NCBI GenBank assembly: GCA_036172245.1
Contig: JAYWIR010000001.1
Span: forward strand, 992,001-1,056,000
DNA: 64,000 nt
Reading direction: 5' to 3'
Source of the DNA: Raillietiella orientalis
Lineage: Eukaryota
Positions within the stretch are counted from its first letter, which is position 1; the number at the start of each line of letters is the position of its first letter. Shown here one piece after another: positions 25,205 through 39,469 of the stretch. The position numbers and the translations under genes were made by a program. Below the pieces are notes generated by a model. That model did no database searches. It was not told the DNA's origin and worked only from the letters and a program-made list of their open reading frames with translations.

Positions 25205-25865
25205 CCGCATTGGCGGCCGTGCGTGGCTGCCGCGTCTCGGGCCAGCAATGTGCAAAGCGTCTTGGGTTCGAATCCCATTGGGGGAAGGATAGACGTTGGC
25301 AAACGGGGGACGCGTCGTGGGTTTTGGAGGACTGGTCGGAATTGAAAGTTGACCATCCGGGGTCCTTCCAGGAATCGAGGAGTCCTTCGGGGCTCTCCTT
25401 CTGTTGAGAGGATGAAGCCCTTACCATGGAACTGGTTAATATCCCCTCGGGGATCGCCTCCGGAGTGTCAGAAGCGTGCTGCTCTGGGTTCTCTTCAGAG
25501 GAGAAAATCAAGGAGCAGTTCCTTTTTGGGTGGGTTTCCTTAGGAGAAGACACCAGGAATGGTCCCCTCGAGAGGCCCTTCGGCGGAATCTTCTAAAGGA
25601 AGAGGTTCCCTTCGGGGTTCCTTCCGCAGACAACGAGGGCGAAGGTCCCCTTCAAATTTTTCCTCCCAAATTTGAGAGAAACTGACTCTTTCCTCTGAAG
25701 CGGTTCCTGAGTTCCATAGGGTGGTTTTCTGTGGGGTTATCACTACAACCTGAAGGGTTACGCACACTCTCGGGTGGATTGGTGTGCTTCAAGAGCTCCT
25801 TGAGCCCACCCTATAGAGACGGACGGTTCTTCAGCATTCGGCGGACGAGAAAGAAAAAAAAGAAG
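25205..25865 (+). mobile_element. tRNA-derived SINE-like repeat, copy 6
   Basis: GGGTTCGAATCCC at ~25264-25276; body; tail CTCTCGGGTGG..GTGCTTCAAGAGC..CGGTTCTTCAGCATTCGGCGG + A-rich end. Confidence 0.85.
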
Positions 25866-26089
25866 CTGGAAGGAAAGCAGCGAAAGTGGAAGAACCCGAA
25901 AGGATTGCCATCATCGTCGTCTGAGCCAGACGAGCGCTCGTAGCAAGATGAAGGGTGAGATGCGGAAGCTGCACCGCCCGCTTATTCGGCGTCCACTTGA
26001 ATTCAGGCTCACTGCGGAGGTCTGGAGCTGTCAAGTGAGTCTCCTCCACAGGAAGAGCAAGTCCGCTCCGTCGTCTAACAACGTTTCTT

Positions 26090-26620
26090 AGAGGGAACCG
26101 ATTCTGGCGTAGATGTTCTTCGGGCGCGTCTTCGTCATTTGATCGTCTGAAGTCGGTCCTCGTCCACTTGATGCATCCTGTTGCTCCTCGAGGGCAGCTG
26201 AACTGGGGAAGGGGGGAGGGCGGAAACCTCCCCATGCCGTCGCTTCTATGAGAATGTCTCCGCAGGGTGTCTTCGGAGTCCGAGTAAAATATAACGGCTC
26301 AGCAAACGAAATTCTGGCAAGCGCGGTATCCTCATTTTCAAAACGTTGCCTTGGCAACTGGAGGTTCCGTGGGCGAAAACTCGAGGGTGAAGGTGTTACC
26401 AGCGGACTGACCATCCGTTGGCTCTCTTGGAGAACATGAAGCTGTCCTCGTCTTCGCCCTTTGCTGGAGTCACGCAGTTCGGTGTCCGCACCATATGGGG
26501 ACGTTCCTTGACCGAGCTGACAAGAGGCGCCCCCGAACCTTGGTCCACCACGCGCAGCCACTCCCTACGAGTCCATCTTTCGTCACCCTCCTTGCCCAAG
26601 CCTCCTGGCCACTCTGCTGC
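26090..26620 (+). pseudogene. LRR protein remnant, same family
   Basis: PQGVFGV..EILASAVSSFSKRCLGNWRFRGRKLE (26248-26439) and LLENMKLSS..SLTEL..PWSTT..SL..PSLPKPPG (26418-26610). Confidence 0.45.
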
Positions 26621-27021
26621 GTCTTCCAACGCATCCTCCTCTCGGCATCATCCCGTCGCTGCATCCATCTTCGTGCGCGCGCCCTTGCTACAGCTCCCGG
26701 AAGACCCCACCGCTGCGAGTTTCCCATCGAGCATCCGCGTCATCGTTCCAATCAAATGGGAACGGAGAGTTTTTATTAGCATTTCTGTTCTTCCACTTGG
26801 GGGAGCCGCCCTCCGGTTGAAATCACCAAGACTGAAAACGTGATCGATACCCGATGGTATCCGCTCCCAGCTTCAGCAGTACGGGAACGCAGCTCTTGCG
26901 CCGTAACCACGTCGGTAGTGTTGCCACGTCGCGAAATCAGTGATCGCGCGCTCTTTGATCTATGAGAGCTCATCCAGAGAACCTCCACCTTCCAGCTTCT
27001 TATGAATCCTTTCGTATCCAG

Positions 27022-27184
27022 GTTTTCAGAAGGATGCGTTTTTCGGAATAAGAAGAATGTTGTCGACCCCTGAGAATCTCACCGTCGCCGTTCTTTCGCC
27101 CACGTCCGTGGTCGTCTCGTGGTTTTTCTCGGAGATGGCCTACGTCGGGAGCTTCGAGATCATATACAGGCCGCAGAACTCCAG
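27022..27184 (+). CDS. Exon of FN3-domain single-pass membrane protein (FNDC4/5 / DUF4808-like): N-terminal half of FN3 domain
   Basis: Reads (G)FQKDAFFGIRRMLSTPENLTVAVLSPTSVVVSWFFSEMAYVGSFEIIYRPQNS, a typical FN3 PxNLTV..SPTSV.VSW..Y.P start. Acceptor TATCCAG at 27015-27021 (alternative TTTTCAG at 27029; in-frame ATG at 27057). Donor AG|GTAACA at 27185 (phase 2); unspliced read-through hits TAA immediately. Confidence 0.85.
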
Positions 27185-29245
27185 GTAACAACCAGCCCTG
27201 CACTCTCGCTGGGGACCCCTAAAACCGCATGCCTAGCCTCCTTTCCCGGAAAGCCCGTGGGCACTCCAGGAACGCAGGGAAAGACGTGCACTTGACATCC
27301 CAGGGCTTGACCCTGACTCAAAGGCGGCCTTCTGCTGCTGCTTCAACACCCCTTCCAGGTCCAAGCACAGAGACCTTGCAATCGAGAAGCTCCGGGGATT
27401 CTAAAGAGAGCGCCGCACATGACAATTCTCGATGGCTTGAGGGAGAAAGGGCGACTCTCTCGGCTGTGGACGCGCGCGCTCCACGGGCCGACCCCCTTCC
27501 GCAGAGCGCGACCTAGCCGTCCGGTTCGGCGCCGCACGTTGCGGCGGGGTCGCATAAACGTGAATTCTCCTCTCGAGAGGGGAGGGGTTCTCTCGGAGGC
27601 AGGGGCGCGGACCGATCTCGCGAGGGAGGTCGATCTCGCGCCGCGGTTTCCCGCTTGCCGAAGCACCGAGAGGCGACGCTCGCGGCCGTCCTGCAAAGCC
27701 CCTAACTGTCGCTTACTATTATCCATCATGCACGATTTTAATCAGTGAATTATTCTAATATTTCGTTGCATATTGCTGGACCGAAGGACGGAACCAGAAG
27801 AACCATCACATTTCTTACAGAACGACGGCCCTTTCTCGAGCACTTTCACAGCGAGTTTGTAGCGGAGGGTAGAGGGAGAACCGGATGGTAAAGCGACCGG
27901 ACTCGTGGAACTAAACATAAAACGCAGAATGCCCAAGGCATTTACTTATTGCTGTGCCATCCAGCGTACTGTACGATGGAATCTTACGATGAACCTCATT
28001 TGTCTGTACAGGGCCGCTCTTGGGTCTGGCATTTTCTCTTCCTCGCTTCCGCTCTTTTGCGTCTCGAGGCATTATCTTCTCTGGGATCCAGCATCGACCA
28101 TCGCAATTCTATCCCCATAGGGTGGAACTGATTCCCGAAAGTGGTCACTGGGTGAGTGGGCAGATGCCGGTCGGTTATAAGCACACGGGAAATCACAAGC
28201 CCTTGACGTCCCGGGAAGAAATGCAAGGAACCCACGGAACCTGGAAGTGCGGTCCTCTGATGCGGTCTCCAATGCTCAGATACAATGCTGGGCAAAGGAC
28301 GCCCACAAATCAATAACGCGTCGAAAGGATCTTGCTGAACAGGGAAGAATGCTGCTCTTGGAGATGGCTGCATGCAAGTTTAGAGCATTTCCATCCGACC
28401 TTTCGGGCAAAGAGCGAGAACTCTTCTTACCTCTAACCTTCTTACCTTCTGACTTCGAGAATTACCTCTTCATCCATGCATTCAATACATTGACTGATTG
28501 CTTGATGTAGGCGCTGCCGTACATCTCCTCCCTGAAAGACAAATTGAGCTGCCTTGCATAACGACACGAATCACAATGAACCCGTCGGTGTTTGTTAAAC
28601 GCAAAGTTTCTAAGATGTCGAGCGAGATGGAATCCACGACATCTATAACTGTTCCAAACAGAAGAGAGTAGGCGCACATTAGAAAGTTTTTTTTTTTTTT
28701 TTTTTGAGTACAATGAGAATTAAGCCGGTAGAATTTCACAGCTCCTACAATAGAATTACTATAAAAAAAAAAAAAAAAGCCTATTTCGATTCGTTCCCTC
28801 CCGTTGACTCTGATCTTAAATTTGTCTCTGTCAAGTTCTTGGAATACGCTGATGCCGTGTTTCCTCTTTTGCTGTCATCAAGGAAACCTTTTTCACGGGA
28901 GTTCATCATATGCTCTCGAGTTGCGGAAACCCCATTTCGTTTCGACCGAAACCATCTGAAGCTGTGATTCAGGTGTTGAGCTGCTCAATTTGCATTATGA
29001 GCTCGTTCGTCATGAGCATTCTTCTATGGCAATCTTTTATGAGATCACCATCCACTCTTTCACCTTCATCCTTTTCGCCGATGTGGAACTTTAGAAATTT
29101 CTGATTCGCGCCGGATGAAATCCGTCATTCGTGGTATGTGTTCAAGACAAAAGACCTTTCTAGAAATCTTGCATTTTTTTTTTCTCCAAATGTACTGAAG
29201 GGGAAGTAGGAGAGAACGTTTGGTTTAAAATCCCGAAAAGCCATT

Positions 29246-29900
29246 AAAAGTAAGTGCGTATGTTTGTTGTATGTGTTAATATGTAAATTTATATGTGGAT
29301 TAATGTGTAGATTAATATGCCTTATAGAGATCATAAAAAATATATGCTATTATGTATATTCACATATGTGTTTATACATGGATTAATGTGCATTTTTATT
29401 TTAAATAATGAATATTTATTAATAGTAATGATATTTTTACACGTATACATATTAACATTTATTAACATGCATGTTATTAATGTAATTAGTATGTTTATTG
29501 TATATATTAGCATAAATATGGATAGATGGATTAATATATGGATTCATAGATAAATGAATATATATCGTTAAGATTATAAAAAACAGGTATACATGTTTTA
29601 TCGTGTATGTATATGTAAATGCTTGTACATAAATTTATATGCAAATGTATTTTAGCATATACCTGTTTACTAATATATATTAGCATTTATTATTCATATA
29701 AATAATATGTATTAATGCATCACTAAAACATACTAAAGATTATAAAAAACAATATATGCGTTTCATCATGTACGTTAATGTACATTCATACATTTAATAA
29801 ACACATGCTGAGTCAGTGCATAAATATCGACTGTAAAAAAATGAAAAACAGTGGAATTAATTAATAAAGCACATTTACGGGCAATTGAAAATGAAAAATA
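29246..29900. repeat. AT-rich repeat family member
   Basis: Sharp drop in GC. Repeated AAGATTATAAAAAA units (~29570, ~29736) also occur at ~59536, ~59889 and, reversed, ~4070. Confidence 0.65.
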
Positions 29901-30619
29901 GTGGTAAAAATAAAAAACACACACAAAAGGAAACGTTTCCCTGTCCCTTGGCATTCCTTTTTCCCGTCTTTCCAACAATCAGCGAGCGAAACTTCCTCAA
30001 CCGTCGGCAGACCGTTGGCGGTGTTCTCGTGTTAACCAGCACTAATCCCAAGTCGGCCAAAATCTTAATTGATGTCTCTACTAAAGCCATCATGAATCCT
30101 TTTATTAATGCGCAGCACTTTTTTAATACCAAGAGATGATTTCATCATCAGCGTAACTTCCTACACAATTAGCTGATCATACCAATCACCTTTCCCTCCT
30201 GGTTTTTTGTCGCCTTCCTTGGGAAACGACTCGAAACCCCTTGAGAGTGGCGTTCGCAGCTTTTGAAGGAAACTTTGAAGTGCAAACAGAAAAACGCCTA
30301 CGATGATACTTATTGGTCATTCTTAACCATGAAATTTTATCGTATCCTCCGACGCGTGGTTCGAATCCGTCTTCACGTCTGACTAAATGACTCCCAACGT
30401 CCTTGTTTGAAGCAGGGCAAAGAAAAAAGAAAAAAAAAAAAAAAAAAAAGGAAGAAAGGAATTTCTCCTCTGAGTTTAAGACAAACCGATAAGCGAAACG
30501 GGAGCTCGAAGTGCGCCGAAGAGCACTAGCAACTGGAGGTAGCAAATCTGATATGGAAAAGTGGTATTTCTCGGATAGCAAGAAGAGCTTCAAAAGCATT
30601 TGTAAACAGTCAAAACAGC

Positions 30620-31980
30620 GCCATGACGAGAAGAAGCACTTTGGGGTTCGCTTTCGTAAAAATGTCAGATATCAGTCAAACTTTGGAGATGGAAGATGAC
30701 AACAGCGTTTTTTCAGGAGATGTGCTGCAAGCTCTAAAGGATTTGTTCTGGAATATACCATCCCACTGGAAGAACGAAAAGACTGACGCAAGACATGCTT
30801 TCTATTTCAGTACTAAATTGATGGTGAAAGTGTCTAGGTCTCACCAAGGAAGTGTCTCTCCTCTATTGAGTGTCTCAACTGCGTTGGAGTTTATGGGTTT
30901 CGGAACCCAATGGAAGTGTTCCGGAGGATTCTACAATCATGATAGTTTCCTTTTGCGGAAAAAACTCAGCTGGGGTCATCAGAAACTTCCCCCGCTGTTA
31001 CATCAGCGCTTGTTGCTCTCCAGCTTCCTAGTTCCCAAGGCTTGCAGGCAGTTCTGCGCTAGGCGAGACCCTCCTTCCTGCTCGCCGTTGCTGGCATCTT
31101 TTCGGACTCCCACCGCGAAAGTGACTTCTACTTCATGCACCTTTTCTTTCTTTCTCTCTCTCTTCGATCAGTATCCCTATCTTCGTCTCTTCCGGATACT
31201 CTCTCCCTCCTTGCCTGCTCAGAGCACTCTAGGTGAAAACAGTTTTCCATCTAAAGGGTTCGCTACCAGAAAGTTTCGTCGCACTGTGGCACAAGAGAAG
31301 GAAGATGTTGAATGCATTAAGGCCATAGAATTACCACTACCAAACTGAAGAAATCTCTCACGATCTCGTTCTTTGCTGGAGTGGACCTTCGTTCCGGTTC
31401 GCATTCAGGGCTCCGTTCTCAAGAGGAACAGTGCTCATCTCCTGGACGCGGTAGAGAGGACTTTTGATTTCTGGTGCTCTTCGGAATCCTCCACTCTCGT
31501 CAGCTCCATGGAATGATTCTTTGCGATCGTATGTTCCCGAACAGCCCAAGAGCTCTTCGTAGCGCAACCGGGCAAAGCTTTCTTCACCTTTCGAAGACCA
31601 CTGACACCAGAAACGTTTATCTGGTAGTGGGAGAGATGATTTTCCCTTCTTCTTGGATGTGTAACTAAAACTCACAAAGGATGCTGCATGTAGGAATGGC
31701 TGGAAATCAAATCTTCAATCGATGCGCTCCCTCGCAGAACACTTGCTGGAAGGTACGGGGACTCATCTTCAAGAGTTCTCAAAGAGTGAAAGCCTGCCAA
31801 AGTCGTCAGGGGATGTGTGTGCACAAGTAATGGCGACCTCCACGAAAATCGAACGCATGCGAGTGATTTTTTTGGATCTCAACCTGGAGCGGTGCCATGA
31901 GCACCAGCACGCAGGAAGGGAAGATCAGATGATCCCATGGAATGTTTACTTGGCTGCTGAAACCTACAGCCAGCTAAGCA
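30620..31980 (+). pseudogene. NACHT/NLR-like NTPase remnant
   Basis: Ordered degenerate NACHT motifs: LKDLFWNI..NE (Walker B region), KLMVKVSRS (sensor-1 T-S-R), ALEFMGF, PLLHQRLLL (GxP region), and RTAQELFVAQ at ~31538-31567 (winged-helix FxHxTxQExxAA). Confidence 0.5.
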
Positions 31981-32699
31981 TCCGTCGCTCCACACGAAAG
32001 AGAGGAAGCTCATCCTTTGAAAGCATTTTATGGTCTCCATTTTCCGTGTTCCCTTGGGGGCCGCCCCCAGCCCTCCAAACAAAGTCGATTCGGAAACACG
32101 GTTCTGCAATCAAGCTTGCTGAACCGGAAGGAAGAAAGAAAGAAAAAAAAAATTGGGACTACCCGAATGAAGGAAACAAGCGCGATCAAATCAAATCAAT
32201 AAGCGCGAGGCTGGCCTTGCCGCCATCACCTGCGTTCTGCCCTCGTTTGAGAGATGTGCTTTGCCCGCTATTCAGGCGGGGGACGCGCTGCGTTTGGAGG
32301 AAGACCGCCGAGAGAGCATCGTTTCGCCATTAGTGCTCTTCTTGTTGGCTCGACGGTTGAATTTGGCGCGTCTGCTCTCTTAGGTGAATCGGCTGCAAGG
32401 TTTGCAGCTTCAGTCGGAACCGCGATTTTTCTTCTTGGGCAGGGGTGGAAAGGCAAAAGGCAGCCGAAGGAAAACGATAAAATGCAGCACAAACAAAATG
32501 GAACGAAAGCAGAAGAGCGATCTGCAACACTTCCGTGGAACGCATCGGAAGCAAACGAACTGTTTCTTATTGTTTGAAGTGTTGCAAGAGCATCCGCCCC
32601 TGGAGTCTGTGGGGTTCCACTGCCTTCCAGGATTCCAAGAACTTTCATATTCGCCCTTAAAAGTCAGGCCAGCTTTCTGGTAACCCACAGCCTGGGATC

Positions 32700-33690
32700 C
32701 TGACGTACGTTTCGGAGGGATCCTTGAACACGAGGAGGCCACGAAACTATCCTCTTGAGAGCTTTCGTTCCCACGGACTTCCTTTGGATGTTTGTCGAAT
32801 GCAGGCCGTCCGCTCCATTGCTGAGACCGCGCGTGTCAGCTTTTCAGTCTACAGAGCTCAATGGCTCGCTGAAACCTCATCATCCGAAATCCCGTCCCCC
32901 AAAAGGAGGGGGGGGGGGAACTGTTGAATGCATCGTGGCAAGCAAGTTACCACCATCATCATGAAGAAATAAATCTCTTGCGATCCCTTTCTTTATCGGA
33001 GCGGGTCCTCGCTCCGGTTTACGTGCCTAATCTTCTTCGGATGGATTCACATGATGCCCATCCCATCCTTGGAAGTAGACAAGCTGATGGGCAAATAAAA
33101 AGAGTGGAACACAAATTTTCAAATTAGGAGCGACAGCCATCAAATGAGTCCGCGTTCGTTCGGGACGCGGATTCGCGATAGCTGCTGGAATCGATCAGGG
33201 GTTCTGGAGCTACGTGGAAGAGAATTCAGCTCATAGATTTAAGCAGCTTCGGAATCTTCCAGTGAAATATGGCATCTGTGCAAACAGTCGGTACACTGTA
33301 TTCAAAGTGAGTGTTCATTATCGTTCACGTCAGCGGACGTGCAAATGATGCGGACGTCTTTTTCAGGCTCCCCATTCAAAGCAGGGTTGCCTGCTCCGCC
33401 GTTTTTGAATGGCTTGTTCGGAAAGCATTCCCTCCCGATTAACGACTTTGTGATTCAGTTTGCCCGTGGAAACGGCTCGGTTCTTTCAGCGAAATAGCAG
33501 AAACCATTTGCACGAAATCTCCCTCCGGTTGCAAGATGCATCCACGCTACACGTGCACAGCTCATCCGGGGCCTGCAATTCCACGGACGCGGGTGTACGA
33601 ATGTGCTCTGGACCCGGCTGGCCTTCGACAGCGTCCAGAATGATGATGGGAATGAGGATGCATGAGCTGTGGGGAGAAGGAAGACACGCA
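32700..33690 (-). pseudogene. LRR protein remnant, same family (signal peptide to C-cap)
   Basis: Signal-like ILIPIIILDAVEGQ.GPEHI..CTCSVDAS..EI, NHKVVNREECFPNKPFKN, and C-terminal GLSNGADGL..IVSWP..VQGS; heavily frameshifted. Confidence 0.45.
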
Positions 33691-33944
33691 ATCACGAGTG
33701 TTTTTCTGTTGATCAACTTTTGCATTCCGGGAATCATCGGAGGCGCAAATGACTGCCGTGGAGGAACGACTGACGTCTCGGGTGCGAACTCTCGGCGCAC
33801 GGAATGGGAATTCCGTTTCTTTCGATTTCGGTTAAGCGTGGCCACATTGCCACGGCGCCGTCGTGGGCGCTGAAGAACAGAATGTGAACTTTCCTGACCG
33901 CATCCCTCGGGAAGGTGGTGCTCGGAATCCCCCAAATCGTGACA

Positions 33945-34125
33945 AAGCAAACAGATGTGCTCACTACGAATGTGAAAATATACGTCAGATCAATACGCAA
34001 ACGTGTTTTTAACGTACGGTAAATCCAGTACTATTCACTAACAAGAGTATTTTAATCTGAATAGATATCAATCTATGCATAAATATGTGTATTAATCCAT
34101 ATAACAAACACGTCTATTTATTTTT
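33945..34125. repeat. Short AT-rich repeat remnant, same family ends
   Basis: Begins AAACAGATGTG..TTTTAACGTAC like 59350-59402; its right end resembles 60075-60113. Confidence 0.45.
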
Positions 34126-36549
34126 CCATGATCATTCGGCCTTTCGGCGTTCGGGTGTTGAACCACATTTCTTGAGGAAAAATGAATGGAAGAAACTTGA
34201 TGAACAAAATTAAAAACCGTCACAGTTTCGTGAAGGAAACTTCCAGACTAAGAAATGATGACGAGCGTTTCTTTTTTCGTCGTGAACTATTTTCTTCGGG
34301 CACTGCAGAGCATCGGATGGATGTTGGCGACCATGCAGTTCCGAGGGAGAAAAAAGTCCAGCGAGGAATTCAATGACATATTTATTATACTTTAAATAAC
34401 TCAAGCGGGCCTATCGTTTTGAAAATATCAGAGCAAAACGATGATGGGCCGGGAGTGATCATGCCTTGGCTATGATACACATATTGGCACGCCTTTGGGG
34501 CATTCGTAACGTCTTTGAGGAGGCGAAGATGCCAATGCAATTCGTCGAAGACTTGGGTAGGGCATCTGGGTGCACGGAGATGATTTTCTTCCTCTGATCC
34601 AGCAAGTAGACCCAGCGCAACGGCGCTCCCCTTCGTTTTCATCAGTTTTCGTCCTCTCCCGTCGACTGCGAGGCTCCGCCGCTTTCAAACCCCCTTTCTT
34701 CCTTCCCGGCGTTTCCTCGTTCCTCCACGCCACCATCCGCCAACAAGCAGATCCATCGTCAGACTTCAGACGCTGAGAGTGCAACGCGTTTTACAAGCAT
34801 GATGACGATGACGTGCCATTTGCGTGAGCAGGCGCAGAGGCAGACCTTCATGTTGACGTGTGTTTGTGTATGTACGTATGTCACAAGTATTGATCAATAT
34901 TTCCGCATGGCGTTTCTCTCTCTCTCTCTCTCCCCTCCTCCTTCGTAATGATTCGCTGCTTTGAATGTTTCGAAAGACATTGGATCTCTCTTTTTTTTAT
35001 TCGAAAAACACAGTAATGTCGGTCTGCACTCGTTCGCGAACACGCAACAAGTGCTACCAAAGGCTCCGGCCAGTAAAGCTGACTGCGAAATCAGTGCGAG
35101 GGAATCCAGAAGGCAGGACCATGCAGCCACGGGAACAGCCTGCTCGTTCCACCTCCTGAATGATCGTAGGAAACAAAACGTCCCATTTTTTGACAAGTCT
35201 GACAATGGTGGTTGTCGATTCCCTCGTAGGCGAAAGCTTAACAAGCTGTGTGTGTAGGTAGGAATGCAGGCTTTCATTACTGTACATCTGCTTGGTGTCC
35301 CCACGAACCCTAGCAGGAGAGCGTCACTTTGATCAGGGTTCGGTGGTCGGCGAAGCAGAAGAAAGACACTGGAGAAGCTCGTTAGCACATCCATTGCGGA
35401 ATCACACCAGCATACCTCAGCAGCTAGTTCATGCCCACTGATGAGTCACGCCGCCGCCCTCTCAACAAGAGCAGAGTGTGAAATTTGTTTTGTCCTTTTA
35501 TTATCACTTTGCTAAGGATCCGCGTTCTCTGAACACTTCTCGCGGGATGCCACTCCTCGGATGATCTACCGAAAAAAATTCAATCCCGGAACTGAAACGT
35601 CTGCCACCAGATTCTCGGGATTCCAGGAGCGCGGCCAGCAAAGAGCGCCCCTTGCGTTGGTCAAACAGGCCCCACAGTGCTCCGGAGACTCGGACTAGAT
35701 TTCACCTGTTGCCGTCGTCATAGTTGGTCTTGTATCCATCGTTCCGTGGAAGCTCTCCCAGGGACTTACCATTCGTTCCTCTCTACTCCGCTTCGCCAAG
35801 TGTGAGCTTCCCTACACGTACAAATTCAAGTTTAAGATGATTTGAGATTGCTCCTAGACGACTCGCGAAGAGGTGCATCTTCAGCTGCAAGAGGGAATGA
35901 TGATTAAGGGTTCCTGGCGAGCATCAGTAAAAACTTATGCTTATTCTTCGAAACCTCTGCAGATTTTTCTTTCTTTTTGTTTTGTTTTGTTTTTTTGTTC
36001 GAAGATTTTATTCGTTTATTTATTTTACGGAGAAAAACGTCCTTTTTTAGGGAAGTGCAAGGCACTTCTTATAACGTGAGCTTTTGAGTATTTTGAGAAC
36101 CTGGGCTGCAGAGACTCACAGATCAAGAACACACTAAACAACGGCAGATCATGTCCTTGACCTTGTACGAAGAACGTTCCTGCCACAACTGCTCTTCCGG
36201 TGTCGCCCGTTTCGCAATCTTACGGTCCTACGACTTCCCAGAAAGCCCAGCGGCTCAAAGCATAGTTTTGGCGTGCGGATTGGATTCATCTGACGCAGAA
36301 CAGGGAATCGAAATTCCGGAGGCAACCTATACAGAATCATTCTTTTCCCACATTCAATCCCATTTCCCGGTGGGAAGCCCTTCTCCTCACTGGGCGGTTT
36401 TCCTACCACCACCACCCCAATCTTTCCGTTTCTAGTGTCGCCTCGTGGCATTCCCACGAAAACCAGCCCACTGTCATCGCTTTTCCATAACGCCTCTAGG
36501 GTTCCACTGAACTCGGGGACAGCGAGCACTTCTCGGCTTCGCAGGCCTC

Positions 36550-37860
36550 TCCCCTCATGCGTACCTTTGATGAGTTTTCCATGCGCCTCCGCAGCTGCTC
36601 TTCGTGAATCGGAGAGGAAAGTAAACTGTGATCGCTAAAAGTGACTTTATGGCTTCACTGTTTACACCTGCATAGAGGAAGGCTGCTGCAAGAGACTCGC
36701 AGGGAATTCCACTCCGTGCAGAAACTGCCGCCGTTCTATTTCCAGATTCGGGACTCTTTGGCTTCCTTCCTCCGTTGCTCGGCAATTCTTCTTGGATTCA
36801 AACCATTTCCATCCCAGTGACGGACTGCCGCTCATCAGAGCGACTAATTCCTGCACTTTTTTGATTGCGGGAACGCTTGGACCCACTTATAACCACACTG
36901 CTCCCTTCGGGGTATGCTCCCGTTCCGCTCATCTGCTCCTCGAGAAATGCGCACGTCTGGAATTTTCATCCTTAATTTGCTCTTTTGTGCATTTTGTGTG
37001 CGTGTAGGGCTCTTTGGGAGCTTCGTGTCAAACCCCATCAACGTTCGTGAGCGAAAATAGTTCCGAAGACAAGAACACATGGTGTTACAGAGGCTGAACT
37101 GGCAGTCTGCTCCGAGAAGGAAATTTTCCTCCAAGTGGCAATCTGGAGAAGGGAACTTCCCCATTCAATTTGGTTCAGTGCTTCGAGTGGCTCGAAACCA
37201 CGTCGGGGAACATTGAATCAGTCCGGAAGGACGTTCGTAATGCACCGGCCAAGGTCAAAGACGTCACAGTACCTAGTTTATATTTGCATCTGGATAGAAT
37301 CTCAGCGTAGCTCGTCTTGTTCTTTTCGCAAACTACAACCTCGCTATCAAGTCCCATTCTCCTGAACAGTGATGACAGAGACCCACAGATTCTTGAAAAT
37401 CATTCTTTGGATGGAACTCCCCCCCGCTGCTCTCACCGTCACAAATTAGCAGCACCTCGTCGTTTTTCGATTACCCCTGAAAAGTTTATCCGATTTCAAG
37501 CTCGATGTATTGCACTCGCAGCAAGACAGCCATATTTGAAAGCATCTGCGGTCAACCAGTTTAGGACACCTCTGCTTGTTTTTCTCTCAGCCTTAGCTAA
37601 GTTCCAGAAGCTTCTCACGGTGAAACTCATGCATGCGTAATTCGAATTGAATTCATCTTTCCTTGCATACGGCGTGTCTGTGACCACGAAGGACTTGCAT
37701 TCGCTGGGTGACCAGAAGGGGGAAAAGTGACCTGAACCGATGGCTTTCCTAAGGAACACGTTGTGTCTAGTTTGAGACGCCTTCTGCGAGAAATGCGGGA
37801 AACGCTTCAGTGAGTGTGAACTTTGTCGTTTCGAGGAGGAAAATTCGGAGGTCAAAATGT
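36550..37860 (-). pseudogene. NACHT/NLR-like NTPase remnant
   Basis: NVFLRKAIGSGH (Walker A-like, ~37725-37765), FNSNYACMSFTVR, VLNWL, GLDSEVVV, LTLAG, and RQFLH + frameshifted ESLAAAFLY (~36670-36735), in NACHT order. Confidence 0.55.
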
Positions 37861-39469
37861 CCTCTGGCTCCTAAAGCTCAGTAGAAAGACCAACTGAAAA
37901 AGAAAGAAAGAAAGAAAAAGCTTCGAGGTGACCGCGGAGGGAGTCTTCGGTTAACGAGTGGTTGGTTGAGCACATTTCCAGCGCTGTTCTGTAATTCTTG
38001 TCCCCTATATCCAAAGAACTCTGGAACTCTTAAAGAAAGAAGGGAAATGTCCAAGACGGCTGAGCGAGAAGCTAGTAAGACTTGCTCCGTGTTCCAGATC
38101 TTGCCTTGCAAGGAATGATGTTCATGATAATACATTCTTCGTGTTTACAGTCATTCACTGAATCTCTTTCGAAGATTCTCTCGGATCGAATCACGGGAGA
38201 CAAACACGACACTCGACACGAGCGCATCAAAATTCACGGGAAAGCGCGTACCGGCATGGAAAACAAGAATAGCAGAAGAGGGATGGAAAGCTCTCGTTGG
38301 AAAAATTGCTGAAGCTGATCCAACACCGGGTTCCAACCTCGTGCTCCGCCCTGGGTAAAGCGCGCTCTTTACTTCCGTCCATTCTTCAGACGCTGCTGGA
38401 ATGGCAAGGATAATGAAATTCCATCTACGGAATGTCTGCGGAGGTTTCCGTGAGTCGCTAATGGATTGCTTCAGACAAGAGTCATTGCTGCTTGGAGCGT
38501 CTTTTCTTGCTCATCAGTCCCGGGGTTAATCTGTTTGCTTTCTCTTCGAACGAAAGCCGTCCTTTTTTCCTCCACCTCTCCCAGCCTCGCGAGGAATTTG
38601 GTGGCGCAAAACCTGCCCGTTCATTTTTCCTTGTCCCCCAAGCATTTAATTGATCGTGCAAACCGAATCTGAGAAAAAATGACATCGTGAAAAAAGAGTA
38701 TGCCGGAATGAGACGACGGGGATTCCACAGTCCTGGTGGCTTTCGATCCCCAACTCGAGTACCAGTACCTTGTGTTTATTCAGTTCAGCGCTTACGTGGA
38801 AGTGAGAATTCAGAATTCTTCTAAATGCTCCCTTGGGAGTAGTCCTTAATTCTTACGCCCCTCTGAAAGCCTCTCTCCCTTCTGAGCAGGGCAACGCCTC
38901 CGAAGTTTACACAATCAAAGACATGATAATTCATCTCCACCCGCCCACTTTCTTGACAAAGTCCGTTACTGCTCATCCATTTCTATTCCCAGCTTTAAGG
39001 CTTGTCATTTCGCCCGCATCCCGTATCCAACGAGTTTACAGAGAATGAAACGCATTTCTTCTTCTTCTTCTTCTTCTTCTCTGTGCAGGCGCTCTTTGAA
39101 TTCCCGAGTTGAGTTCCTGCAACCAACAGCGTCTGGAAGTCCCAACCAAAGCTACTCGGTTCGTAAACAGGGCCACAATTTTTGATTTTCTGGTTTCGAG
39201 AGAAGGTGGTATCTTCGGATACATTCACCTGACTGTTCTTCTGGTCCAAATCGACCGTCTTCTCTTTCGCGCTTCGCTGTTGTCACCCTCGTTGTAGAAG
39301 CTTGGAATCGACCTAGCTGGCGACACCATCAGCCACCCAGAACTCGCTGAGGATGCTGATTAGAAAGTCAGCAGCCACAATAAATGGAGCATAGTTATGA
39401 AACGGAAACCCACTTGCAAGAAGACGCCACAAAATGGAGATTGGGAAAAAACTCTTTCCACGAATCGTA

